A stretch of DNA of 61,878 nucleotides, counting the filler. It is 13 parts of 13 records of this genome, joined end to end, with 100 filler letters (N's around TTAATTAATTAA, not from the genome) between each part and the next. Parts side by side here need not be neighbours in the genome. Positions count along the whole stretch, not along the records: positions 1 to 6,488 come from SRR7504441_67583; positions 6,589 to 10,451 come from SRR7504441_67633; positions 10,552 to 17,227 come from SRR7504441_67649; 10 more parts are not named here. One strand, given 5' to 3'. Positions 1-10,954 of the stretch are shown here, piece by piece. The translations under genes and the position numbers were made by a program. The notes under the pieces were generated by a model. That model saw nothing but the letters and a program-made list of their open reading frames with translations. It did no database searches and was not told the DNA's origin. Numbering within the stretch: position 1 is the stretch's first letter; each line of letters begins with the position of its first letter.

Positions 1-1
1 G

Positions 2-142
2 GTGCTGGTCACCTACAAGGGCCGCGCGCCCAGCCCGCCGCAACCGTCGGCCCAGGGTACTCACATGAAGGCTGAGCTCGAGCTGCTGAAGAAACTCCGT
101 CAAGTACAGCTCTTAGATGTAGATCTAGATCTAAGGCACTAA
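2..142 (+). CDS. 3' end of an unknown protein (5' truncated)
   Basis: Open frame VLVTYKG...AELELLKKLRQ...RH ending in TAA at 140-142, followed by AT-rich intergenic DNA. Confidence 0.35.
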   Translation: MLVTYKGRAPSPPQPSAQGTHMKAELELLKKLRQVQLLDVDLDLRH

Positions 143-311
143 AGAAACTCCGTCACTCCTACACTTCCCATGAAACAATTTATTTACAGAATAGCACAGG
201 TACTAACTTGTAAAAGCTCAGTATGTACTCGTATGTACAAAAGCACTCCACTTTCACGTGTTTCAGTGGTTGTCAACAAGTAGTCGATTGAAACGCTCCA
301 AGCTCACGGCC

Positions 312-1449
312 TCATGCGGCTGCTTCCACCTCCACCGCTTGTGCCTGGACCGCCTCCACCTCTATCTGATGCTTCGCCTCGGTAGTTGGCGCCAAATCTG
401 TCTCTTCGTCGGGCCCCTGCACCTCCGGTGCCTCCTCCGGCTCCACAGTATCTTTGGCTTGCTCCTTGGCCTCCTCGGCCTCCGGGACACAAGTGCAACG
501 TGCCACCCATTTGTTGCAGCCCGTACAGCAGCCGTTTTTATCTACAGGATGAAAGTGCTGCGCTGCCTGTTGCTTCACAGGTTGAATGGCAGGATCTTCA
601 ATATCGACCTGGCATCCGAGCTGACACTAAATTTTGGTTTGCCTGCTCCGAGTCAAACCGTGCCTGAACGCTCGATGCCCTCCATTTCATCAGATTCTGT
701 TGCATCCCGCCTCTGAGCTGTCGTGTCAGTGCCTGTTTAAGCATTTGTACAGCCGAAACTTGAGAGTTGAACCTCATTCGCTCCTCTAGCTCTGCTTTCA
801 CAAGATTAGCAGCTGCGCGGTTTTGAGTCAATTGCTCCGTATTGCTGGACTGGACGTGTGCTCGTTGCCAGTCTAGCACGGCTGTTGCAACTTTACTCTT
901 GAAGACACGCAGCATCGCATTTTTTAGCATCTGCATAGCAGTAAATTGTGAGTTCAGCATCACCACATCGGCCAGTTCATAGTGAGCACGAGAAGCTTCA
1001 CCAGCTAATCTTGCCGCACGCCATGACTGCACCACAAATGCACACTCCCCTTTGGCCCGCCTCAGCATGGTCATCACTATCATGCGCACCCCGCGCTCCT
1101 TCTGCTCGACTGTGCTCCGCCTGATGTCCTGAGTCAGAGTCTTGAGCTTCTTCATGGCCTGATTGAAATGCTCTCCGGCATACTGCAAATCTAGTTTGGC
1201 GGCCTGCTCCATCTCAGCATGAAGGGCAGCTTTCCATGTCAGCGCTGCACGCTGCACAGCTTGACGCGCTTGTCCAATATGCGGTGGTGCCACGTCGCCA
1301 GCCGGCTTGAGGCGCCTGTTCCACCTTTGCTTTGCGGATTCGACAGTCCGACCGGGAAGCTTCTCTGCACACTGCTTCCAGCGTCTGGAGCCGTGCTCTT
1401 TAACATGATCTCGGACGATCTGCTCCTCCTCATCAGTCCAATCCGACAT
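312..1449 (-). CDS. Single-repeat Myb/SANT protein with helical repeats and a Cys-rich/acidic tail
   Basis: ATG at 1449: MSDWTDEEEQIVRDHVKEHGSRRWKQCAEKLPGRTVESAKQRW (three regularly spaced Trp of a Myb repeat). A putative 34-nt GC-AG intron (609-642) joins it to the 312-608 exon (CCTGC..CTC motif). Confidence 0.75.
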
Positions 1450-1589
1450 CACCCGGCTCCCCGGGGCTGGCTCCCTGCACCAACGGAACGTGTTGCTGCA
1501 GCTGCTCAGAACCCGCGGCGCGGCGAGGTACACGGGGCAGCGACCCGGCCAGCGCTCGAGCGGGTGTTCATTGGGGTGTATAGGGGAGC

Positions 1590-3224
1590 ATGACAGAGAC
1601 TCTGCTCGACACCAAGATGGCGTGGGGGGTGCCCACCTTGTCGGGCACGGCGCCTGCCGATCGATGGGGGCACACTGCAACAATGATTGACCAGAAGCAC
1701 ATGTACGTGTTCGGGGGTCACGACTTGAAGGATACCCCCCTGGGCGACGTCGTGGTGCTCAACACCAACACATTCGAGTGGACCGCGGTGAACGCGCACG
1801 GGGTGCTACCGTTGCCCCGAGACAGCCACGTGGCGATGGCCGTCGGCCGGTTCCTCTTCGTGCACGGCGGCGGCGACGGCAAGGTCAGCTTCGGCGACAC
1901 GCACATGTTTGATACCGAGAACGATGCCTGGCAGCCGGCCACGTGCTCGGGCAAGGCTCCGGCGCTCGAGGGACACTCAATCGTGCGCATCGGTGAGGTG
2001 GGCTATATGTATGGCGGCTGCTGCAACAACGAGCACGGCACCTGCTACAGCAATGAGATCTTCGCGGTGCGGCTGGAGCACTCTAACAAGGAGGCGGCAG
2101 ACGGGGCTAAGTGGCGAGTTCAGTTTGATAGTCTGCAGATTGGAATCGGCCCGACGACAATGATCCTGCCTCCGATGCGCGAGAGCCACCTGGCGAGCAG
2201 CTGCGGGACAGATATGTATGTGTTTGGAGGGGACGGGGACAAGGGATACCTGAACGACTTGTGGCGGTTTGATACCACAAAGAGCGTGTGGCACATGATC
2301 ACCGACTTCACGGGGAAGCCGCCCTGCCCGCGAGGGGGCCACTCTGGATGTTGCATTACTGACAAGCTCCTGATCTTCGGTGGCAGCGCCAGTGACCTGT
2401 CGAGACTCTGTTTCAACGATATGCACATTTTCGACATTGAAACCCAGACATGGCTGATGGCAAGGCTGGTGGGACACCCGCCCTGCTCTCGCTTCAACCA
2501 TACGCTGGTGGCTGCCAATAAGAACACTAAAGTCGTCTGCTACGGTGGCTGCGAAGACCAACCAGCTGGCGCGCCTGATTACGGCAACGGCCCTGTGCTG
2601 GTATTGAACAACGAGCTGGCCGCAGACAGCACAATTGCGGCTGACTGGGGTCCGGGTGTCCATTTTGACCCGTGCACGCCGCTCACATCCCTCGACTGTT
2701 TTAACAACTTCATGAAGACTGAGCTCATCCGAGTTAAGAACGAGCATCGGGACATTTCTCATAACGAGGCCCTCAAGCTAGTGGGCCAGCGCTGGGCTCA
2801 GCACCCCGACAACCCGAAGTGCATCTTGACGGCCAGAGATTCCGACGACCAGAACGGCGATGGCTCTCAGGACGGCCCGGGAAAGAAAGGGATGCCAGAG
2901 GGCTCCCACTTTGTCGGCACTGTGGTTGGCTCGTTTGAGTTAGGATACACTGTCTCAGTATCGTTCAATGGAGACCAGCAGAGCTACAAAGGGATTGTTT
3001 TCAGTGATGATGGCACCCAAAGCCGCAACAAGCGCAAGGCAGCGCCTGGGCTGCAACGAGTGGCCGGGAAAGAGTGCCGGCTGCAGCCACCTGGCCAGCG
3101 ATGGTCGTTCCCGAGTGGAGCCAGGCTGCCACCACCGGCCAGCGCAGCTAACCTGAACAACCCGTACTACAGAGAGCAGTTGGCTGCGGCTACTAACTGG
3201 ACTAACAGCCTCTCGCGCCAGTAA
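1590..3224 (+). CDS. Kelch-repeat protein with a YABBY/HMG-like helical motif and a C-terminal beta-rich motif
   Basis: Uninterrupted 544-aa ORF with about six kelch repeats (RWGHT, RDSH, LEGHS, RESH, RGGHS, RFNHT, each followed by a GG motif), then FNNFMKTELIRVKNEHRDISHNEALKLVGQRW and GTVVGSFELGYTVSV...YKGIVF. Confidence 0.88.
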   Translation: MTETLLDTKMAWGVPTLSGTAPADRWGHTATMIDQKHMYVFGGHDLKDTPLGDVVVLNTNTFEWTAVNAHGVLPLPRDSHVAMAVGRFLFVHGGGDGKVSFGDTHMFDTENDAWQPATCSGKAPALEGHSIVRIGEVGYMYGGCCNNEHGTCYSNEIFAVRLEHSNKEAADGAKWRVQFDSLQIGIGPTTMILPPMRESHLASSCGTDMYVFGGDGDKGYLNDLWRFDTTKSVWHMITDFTGKPPCPRGGHSGCCITDKLLIFGGSASDLSRLCFNDMHIFDIETQTWLMARLVGHPPCSRFNHTLVAANKNTKVVCYGGCEDQPAGAPDYGNGPVLVLNNELAADSTIAADWGPGVHFDPCTPLTSLDCFNNFMKTELIRVKNEHRDISHNEALKLVGQRWAQHPDNPKCILTARDSDDQNGDGSQDGPGKKGMPEGSHFVGTVVGSFELGYTVSVSFNGDQQSYKGIVFSDDGTQSRNKRKAAPGLQRVAGKECRLQPPGQRWSFPSGARLPPPASAANLNNPYYREQLAAATNWTNSLSRQ

Positions 3225-3635
3225 GCCAGTTCAGCGTCCCTGGCAGACCGTTTTAAAGTAATTCAAGTGTCCAATATTCTGCAATGCTGTGATGACGTGT
3301 TCCAGAAAGCAAGGAGTTTCAGGGTTTTCTCAATTAGCGATTGACACTTGGACAACGTATTAACTAAGATGATGCCGACAACCCTTCACTTCTAAAGACC
3401 TCTAAGCAATACGCATCCAGGTATTAACAATCAGTGCACCCTCAGCTGCAATCTAGTTGCCGGTGCACTTGGTCGACGTTTTTTAATTCATGAATTGAAG
3501 AAGGGTAACACGTGGGTGTTGTTTCAATAAACGTAGTAAAATCGGGTTCTCATATTTCGTCAGCTTCAAGCTATAAGGCAGTGGACAGCTCAATGATCCC
3601 TAATTTATTCTCTATTCCATACTATTCCCCTCGGG

Positions 3636-4372
3636 CTATTCACACGGGGCTTCGCTCTGACATGTACGAGTACTGCAAATCTCGCAATCGCACTTAAACC
3701 CGTACCTTTCGACGAGTTCGTCCAAGTGGGCCCCGTCGGCCAGATAACTTATTGTGAGCTCCTCCCCGTGCGCCACCGGTCTGATCACCCTCAGCCGGGC
3801 CGCGGGCAGCTCGCCCGGCTCAACAGTGCAGTTGGGCCGGCAGCTGTGATTGAGCTGGCACCAGGTCGGGTAAAGCGCCGCCCCGACCGACCGCTGGCCG
3901 TCGGCGCGCACCTCGTGCGCGTTGGCCATCGCCAGCCTGTGGAACCACCAGTACCCGTCGGCCGAGCCCAGCCAATCCAGTTCGCCCTCGCGTCCCAGCT
4001 GGCGCCCCAGCTCCCGCACCGCCCCCAGCCCGGCCCGAACGAACCCTCGCTTGACCGCCGGCGCAAAGTGCTCCGCGGGCAGCGCATGCAGCGGCTCGAG
4101 CGAGGCGAGCGCCAGCCGGCCGGCCTTGAGCTGGGCTGCGGCGTGCCACCAGAGCCGGAACAGCGGCTGGGCGGCCAGCGGCCCCGGACCGAACGGAGGC
4201 CCAGCGGCCGGGGCGAACACTAGCGGCAGCTCGCACCCGAGATCCTCCCCCGGCGCCAGCAGCCGAGCCGCTACCAGCGCCCGGCCCCGGCCCGGCAGCC
4301 GCGCCGGTTCGTACGCAGCCAGCCGACCTTGTCCTCCAACCGGCTCGTATGCTGCCGGCTGATCCGTTGAAC
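3636..4372 (-). CDS. SET-domain (SMYD-like) lysine methyltransferase; start codon unresolved
   Basis: N-SET motif PGRGRALVAARLLAPGE lies in frame upstream of the listed ORF; NHSCRPN, GEELTISY and post-SET FKCDCEIC are present. Confidence 0.8.
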
Positions 4373-4854
4373 TTCAAGCCGGTGCCACGCGGCCACTCAG
4401 AAGTGAGTGAGCAGCCGCGGTCGCCTTGCGCCGGGCAGTCTGAGGGTCGGCTGCGCTGCCAGGCGCTCACATGTGTCGTCTCCAACCCTGCCTGGCTGTC
4501 CCACACAAAAAACCGCCGTAAAAAAGTTATGAATACGATCTGGCAGAATATTCGGTGCAACGGGCGTTGGTGCCGCCGTTTTGGTGTCATGGTCAAGTCG
4601 CCCCGCCCGCGAGCTGTCCGTAAGCGGAGCCAATCGCCCGATGGGTACCACCCGTTTAAGACCGAGCACCCCGACGCCAACAACGGTGGGCGGCCGGGCC
4701 GACTCGGCTGTGACCGGTCGCAGGCTGCGGGCTGCACTTTCTAACCGGCCAGATCGAGTACGGCGAGAGCTACTTCGCCAACGGGCTGGTCTTCGACGGC
4801 GGGGCCCCGCAGCCGAGCCCCAAGCCCAAGCAACTCCCACTGGCCGCTCTGAAC

Positions 4855-5880
4855 ATGATCAGAGACCGGGCGGGCCACAAGCCCAAGAACCGGAAGAGGC
4901 TCTCTGGCGACCGGGCCGGGCTCGGGCTGGCCGGCGACGAGAACCAGCCGCCGGGCGAGGGCTCCAGCCCCCAGAAGAAGCAGAAATGTGCGCCGGGCCG
5001 CCCGGCCGGTCTGACCGGTGCCGCAGTCGAGCCTCCCGCCCCCCGGCAGCCGACCGCGGCGGTGGAACGGCCCGACGACTGCCCGCTGTGCCTGGAGAAG
5101 GGCGAGTTGGCCCGGTGGAGGGCCCCAGGCAGCGGCGCCGTCTGTCGACCTTCAGGCTCGCCGCCTCAGCCAGAGGACGACACCAAGTGCCCGAGCTGCC
5201 TGTATGTCGATGGCCCCAGCCAGCCGGCCGAGCAGCCCAGCCACATGCCGCTGGCGCTCAGCCTCGGGCTCGACGCCAACGCCAAGAGCTTCACGCCGTC
5301 GAAGAAGCGGCAGGAGCCGGCTAAGGTGGACGAGTTGGCCTCCGAGAGCATGCAACTGTTCTACCTGAGCAAGACCTCCGTCCCTCAGGAAATGATGGGT
5401 GCGCCTGCCCGGGCGAGCCGCAGACCGACCGGTGGAGCAGGTCGGATTCGGGTGATCCAGCGGAATCTGATGTACGTTACAAACATCCCGCCCGCGATGG
5501 CCGACCAGAGGAAGCTGGCAGCGGAGCGATTCGGCGAGTTCGGCGAGGTGGCGCGACTGGTGATCCGGACGATCCCGGCCTCCAAGCCCGGCCAGTCCCC
5601 GGTGATTTCAGCGTACGTTACCTACGAGCACGAGCAGTCGACGGCGCTGGCGATCTCGCAGCTGAATGGGAAGCACGTGGAGGGGAAGCGGCTGCGGGCG
5701 TCGTATGGGTCTAACAAGTACTGCAACGCGTTCATCCGAGGCGAACAGTGCACCAACCCGCGCTGTTCGTACCTGCACCAGCTGTCGGGGACACACGAGT
5801 GCTTCTGGGAGAAGAGCGGGCACTGCGGGGCCGTCCAAGGCAAGAAGCAGAAGGGCGGCCAGCGCAAGCTAACCAACTGA
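4855..5880 (+). CDS. CNOT4/Not4-like protein (RRM + C3H1 zinc finger, reduced RING)
   Basis: IRVIQRNLMYV...FGEFGEV...SAYVTY...LRASYGSNKYCNAFIRGEQCTNPRCSYLH matches the Not4 RRM-C3H1 signature. Only CPLC and CPSC remain of the N-terminal RING. Confidence 0.8.
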   Translation: MIRDRAGHKPKNRKRLSGDRAGLGLAGDENQPPGEGSSPQKKQKCAPGRPAGLTGAAVEPPAPRQPTAAVERPDDCPLCLEKGELARWRAPGSGAVCRPSGSPPQPEDDTKCPSCLYVDGPSQPAEQPSHMPLALSLGLDANAKSFTPSKKRQEPAKVDELASESMQLFYLSKTSVPQEMMGAPARASRRPTGGAGRIRVIQRNLMYVTNIPPAMADQRKLAAERFGEFGEVARLVIRTIPASKPGQSPVISAYVTYEHEQSTALAISQLNGKHVEGKRLRASYGSNKYCNAFIRGEQCTNPRCSYLHQLSGTHECFWEKSGHCGAVQGKKQKGGQRKLTN

Positions 5881-6488
5881 TTGGTGGATGGTCACTGCGC
5901 TGCGGCACTTGCTTGCAAGCCAACGACTTGCATGACCACAGCCGCACGCACGTGTATCACTCGTGAACACAAGGTTCGACGACCTCAAAAGTTGATCTCA
6001 CCTAATTGCCAATCACAACTACATGTACTGTAAATAAAAGATAGTTGTACAGTACACGGTGGTACCGTGCGTACCGTGCCGGTTCAACTGACTTCAACTG
6101 AACCATTGACTAGCTTCGTCGAGACTATATAGACATTATACGATAGGTCAATTTAATACGCTTCGTACTTGTCAAGATCACTACATGGTCACTGAGTGGA
6201 TTCTGATCAATCTGATGATACAGACTTCGATTAGACCTTGATCTTGAAATGATGGTATTAAACCGTACTCATGACCACACTCATCATGCCGAGTGATTCA
6301 TTCTAGATCGCAGCCACGACTTGTCCTCGATCGCCCAGTGGCTCATCGCTCGACGTGCGCGAACAGCATGGTCACGTTCTCCTGCTCGCTCGGCTCGAGT
6401 CCGAACACTGTCCCGATCAAGTAGTGGCTGCCCTCGACCCCGTCCGTCAGGCAGTCCTTGTGCAGGTAGTAGCAGTGCCCGCCGGGGC

Positions 6489-6588
6489 NNNNNNNNNNNN
6501 NNNNNNNNNNNNNNNNNNNNNNNNNNNNNNNNTTAATTAATTAANNNNNNNNNNNNNNNNNNNNNNNNNNNNNNNNNNNNNNNNNNNN
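6489..6588. other. Artificial contig-joining spacer N44-TTAATTAATTAA-N44 (first of 12)
   Basis: Identical 100-nt spacer with stops in all six frames at 6489-6588, 10452-10551, 17228-17327, 25372-25471, 28887-28986, 32476-32575, 36748-36847, 40381-40480, 45394-45493, 48574-48673, 52506-52605 and 58779-58878. Confidence 0.98.
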
Positions 6589-7362
6589 TCGTTGCCGGAG
6601 CCCTCGCGCGCCGTCGAGCCGGCTGGCCACGCGCTCCAGACGCTGCCGGCCGAGCTCCGGAAAGTGCTGTTCCAGCTGCAAAGAGCGCCGGAGGTGCTGT
6701 TGTATTGTCCGTTGGAGTCGGTTGATTGCCGTTGTGGCAGCTGGTGGTCTGGCGAGCCCCGGCTGACCGGCCGAGCTTTATCTTCGCTGTGTGCGATGGG
6801 TTTGAGAGTAAGCTCGCGGTGCCCGACCCCGTTGCGATCTCGCGACTGCTCGCGGACCCAGTCGGGTATATATATATATATATAGCTATAGTATGGTATA
6901 GCATAGTATAGTATCGCGGAGCTAGCGGGTATACAGCCCGACTATAACGGACATATAACATACAGGTGTATAGGCTCCGAGCAGTATAGTATAGTATATA
7001 GTACAGTATAGCATATACGTGACACGATAACGGACAGGTATATAGGCTCACAGCAGGCGCTGACCGGGACGATTGTTCACTCGATACTAAGCGGCTCGGG
7101 TGCAACGGAAGTGGCCGAGCTCGATGCCAAGCCCAGGATCGAGCGGATCCGAACCGCGGTGCTCTCTTCACTTCCAGACGAGATGTGGCGCCAGGCTTAT
7201 CAATGCTCTTACAAGCACGTTATGGCCGACCTGGAGAGCCCAGGCGATCCGCCAAAGCTAGCCCAAGCGCCGGATAGGGTGGTCCAGTTGGCCAGCCACC
7301 TGGCGGTGTTAATGCTGTCAGATGATAACATTAGCGCTGAGGTGCTGGTGCTAACCCAATAG
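6589..7362 (+). CDS. PP2C-family protein phosphatase, C-terminal part (5' truncated, 2 introns)
   Basis: FIFAVCDG and SDDNISAEVLVL metal-binding motifs. Introns at ~6704-6740 and 6866-7037 restore one reading frame. Confidence 0.7.
6866..7037 (+). other. 172-nt GT-AG intron containing (TA)n/(TATAG)n filler, flanked by a GGTATATA duplication
   Basis: Removing it joins GTC GG|G TAT ATA GGC in frame with the downstream PP2C exon. Confidence 0.75.
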
Positions 7363-7552
7363 ACCGATTTCTGTACTTTTTTCGGAGTTTACTCGTATAC
7401 AATCATGTACCGGTACTGATCAATGGTGACTGGCGTCGCTGGCTACTGCGCACGCGCGCACGCATGACATTGTCTATTCATAGTCTGTTCATCTCGGCTT
7501 TACAATTTTCACGATAGATTTTATTCGCCAAACGCCTATAAGCTTATGTAGG

Positions 7553-7949
7553 CTATATATAGCTCGGTCTATTAATACTCGTACTGCTCGCAATATTAAT
7601 TAAGGGGCAGTGCCCGAACAGCAGCTCATACGGCACACTCTCCACGTTGGAAGAGCCGCGCTGCCGGTCGGATGCGATGGGTTTGCGCACAAAGTCAGCT
7701 GTCGTCTGCGACAGGTAGTGGTCCGGCCCGTCTCCCCCCTGCACCGTTATGAGCTCACCCCTCCCCCCTGTGTGGGGCACAAACCATGGCATTGGCGGTG
7801 AGCGCGGTAGAGCTGGGGAGGATCTCACTGCCATATAACTCCTCCTGCCAGTTGCCCACGAGGATGTTCTCCCGGTACACGTTCTTGTGGTTGCTTAAAC
7901 CGATACCCGAGCCGCAATTGCGCGACCAGCGCTCCTCGCCCTCGAACAT
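7553..7949 (-). CDS. Small ciliary microtubule-inner-protein-like (CFAP107/CFAP68-like)
   Basis: YRENILVGNWQEE and PYELLFGH motifs. One ~45-nt GT-AG intron (~7739-7783) links the two listed ORFs. Confidence 0.5.
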
Positions 7950-8505
7950 GGCACACGCCCCAAATAGATCGGTCACGGACGTGCACAACAGTTCGGTCAC
8001 CAGGAACGCGTTCAAAGACCCAAAGGAGCAGCCGATGCTCCATTTCAAATCTGAGCCCAGGCGGCCCCGGGCCAATCTGCTCGGCCGGACCTTAGCGGCC
8101 CCACACGTGGAAATGAAGCTACGTAAGCGATAGCTGTACGATAGCTGGATCCGTTACGCGCACTAATACTCTTTTAAACATAATTATACAGGAACTCGTC
8201 GTGTGTCTTACTTAAACAGCTCGGCGTTTAATACGTACCAACCAACCCACCAACAACCACGTCTTGTTGGCACATACGAGTACCTCGAGTAAGATGATGA
8301 GCACTTTAAGTAAAAATCAACGATAAATCAACGAGTATCTACGTAGCGCTTGACTACATGGTACCTTCGTAGTCAACTATTGGTCTCGCCATAACAATGT
8401 GCAGCCTAGCTCAGCTGAGCGGCGAGCGCACCGAGCACAATAGTTAGCAGGCTGCTAGGGCGTGGGCTCGGAGTCTAGCTCTGAGGTCTCCCATAGGCTC
8501 CGCAA

Positions 8506-10451
8506 CTACTGTGCTCGCTGCGCTCGCCGCTTAAGCTTGAGGTCTGTCGTGGCAGCCCACCGCTTGGCTGCGTTAGTTGCCAGCTCGACCGCCCGCGCCC
8601 GCGGGTCGAGCTCGCCACCCGCTCCCCTGCTCGCGCCCCCCGGCGACGAGCTGGCTCTGGATGACCAAAGCGATCTTGATGGGCTGGCCTGTGTCTGATT
8701 GGCGGGCTTGCTCTTGGCTGGCTGCTTGGCCGGTCGGTCAGGTGGGTTGAGGCTGGCCTGCAGCTCTGCCATTAACCGCGAGTTGCGGAGCTTCTCATCC
8801 TGCGTCCAGCCTCGCTCCCTCCCCGGCCCAGGCCACACCTTACGCTTGAGCCGCATCGTCTCCAGCTGAGGCTTCGGGCTCACATCGCGAAGCTCGTCCT
8901 CATCGTCCAACGGACCGACCCATGCTGGCCGGGCCTGCTCGGGACTCTTAACCCTGGCTGACTGGTTCGGGCTCTCTGGACCCTTAGTCTTAGGAGAACC
9001 CGAGCGAGCCGCCCATGCAGGCGCTTCCTTTGGCGAGCCCGACCGATGCTCCGGCCGCTCAGCCTTTGGTGAGGGCGACAAGGAAGACAATGGCGACGGC
9101 GACCGGTGCAGCTGCACTCGAGCAGTGTCGGCCCATTTCTGGCTGGCCTCGGTGGCCGGTCCGTGTCCCTGCTCCCTCTCGGCGAGCAGCTTGGACAGCT
9201 TGAGCTCCTCCGGGCTTTGCCTCGGTTTGTCGAACATTTGTACAAACTGGGCCCTACTCAGCTCGCGGCTGGGCCCACTGCTGGCTGCCCGCGGTCGCTG
9301 CCTCGTGGTGCCAGCCCGGGCTGTGGGCGGCTTAGTGCTGATTGGGTTGGGCGAGGCCGAGCGCTGACGAGGCTGCTGCTTCGGTCGGCGAGCGCGCGGC
9401 TCGTAATTAAGTTGCAGCGGAGGGTCGGCAGGCTGCTGCTTCGGCCTGCGAGCACGGGGCTCGATCTCGGCCGCTCGCTCTCTCTTGAGCGCCTCAATCT
9501 CGCCCGTCATTGCCTGGACCAGCTGGCGGGTCTCCTCGACCTCACCCATCCGCTGCTGCCCCTGCACTTGCAGCTTACGCAGCAGCTCACTGTTACGGAT
9601 ATTTGCCCCATCCAGCAGAGACTGCGCCTTCTGCGCCTCGCCTAGCAACTGATTTCTATGCGCAGCGGTGGCGGCCAGCTGCTCGCTCAGCTGGCCGAGC
9701 TCCTGTTGGGCCTGGGCCAACCCGACGCGCAGCTGGCGCTCGGTCAAACGCTGGTGCTGCTCCCCGCCCTTCCTGAGTTCCAGCTGCTCCTCCTGCTCGC
9801 CCATCGCCATCGCGAGCTCGATCAATTGGCCCTCGAGCCGCTCCACCTTGCCCGACTGCGCAGCCTGCCCGTTGGTCGCCGCGCCTAGTTTCTTCTCGAG
9901 CCCCTCATTCTTCCTCCTGAGCACCTCCAGCCGGTGACGCAGCTCCGCAATCTCCTTGCCCTGCTGCTCCTTACTCTTGGCCAGCTCGTCCCTCTCCCGT
10001 ATCAGCCGCGAGTTCTTGCTCCACAGATTCTTGACTTCGCAGTCCTTTTCCCTCAGATTAGCCTCAACCAATGTCCTGTGATCCTCCGTATCGGCCACCC
10101 GCCCGTGCAGCTTCTTAGTCCTCTGCTCCAGCCCCGCCAGCTTGGCCTGCGCCTGGCTGGCCTCCTCCCTGGCCGCGTCCCGCTCCTCCTCCAGCTCGAC
10201 AGCCCGCTCGAGCAGCTCGGTGTGCTTGGCGTGCAGAACCTCCGTCTGGTGATCTCGCTCAGATAACCGTTGCTCCAGCTGCCCGTGCGCCCGGCGCTCG
10301 GACTCGACCATGTGCCGCAGCCCGGCGATCTCCTGGCCCATCTGCCCCCCCTCCTTCTCCCACTCGCGCAGCTGCCCCTCCAGCCGCTCGTTCTGCTGGC
10401 TGCACCGCCCGAGCTTATCGACAAGATTGACCAGCTCCTCCCCGCGCGCCC
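8506..10451 (-). CDS. Long coiled-coil protein with Ser/Pro-rich tail (5' truncated)
   Basis: >611-aa open frame rich in E/Q/L/K/R heptads, running to the contig edge. Confidence 0.75.
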
Positions 10452-10954
10452 NNNNNNNNNNNNNNNNNNNNNNNNNNNNNNNNNNNNNNNNNNNNTTAAT
10501 TAATTAANNNNNNNNNNNNNNNNNNNNNNNNNNNNNNNNNNNNNNNNNNNNCTGTCACCAACATCTGTGTCGAGGCATCCACGTCCCGCTCGGTCCCGAG
10601 AAGCGCCTGGCTGAACTGACACCGGGTATCAGATCAGCCAACAAGCCGCCTGAAAAAAGCAAAAAGCGCTCGAAACATGGCCGACCTTCAGAGCCATCAA
10701 TGGTCGTGATCTAGCCCACGCATTGCTTAGTCTAGAGCTCTTTATTGTCTTGATGCCAAACATTTGAACCGAGTGGGACACGAACAATGTTAGTGACCGT
10801 GACACGTGCTGGTACTAATGATACCTACATGTATTGATGATAAGTGATATATTTAACGTATACAATCGACGTCCTAGGTGCCATGCACAGCCCCATAATT
10901 ATGAGACATGCCGGTATGACACCAGACCGATATACCCCGATGAACGCATGCAGG

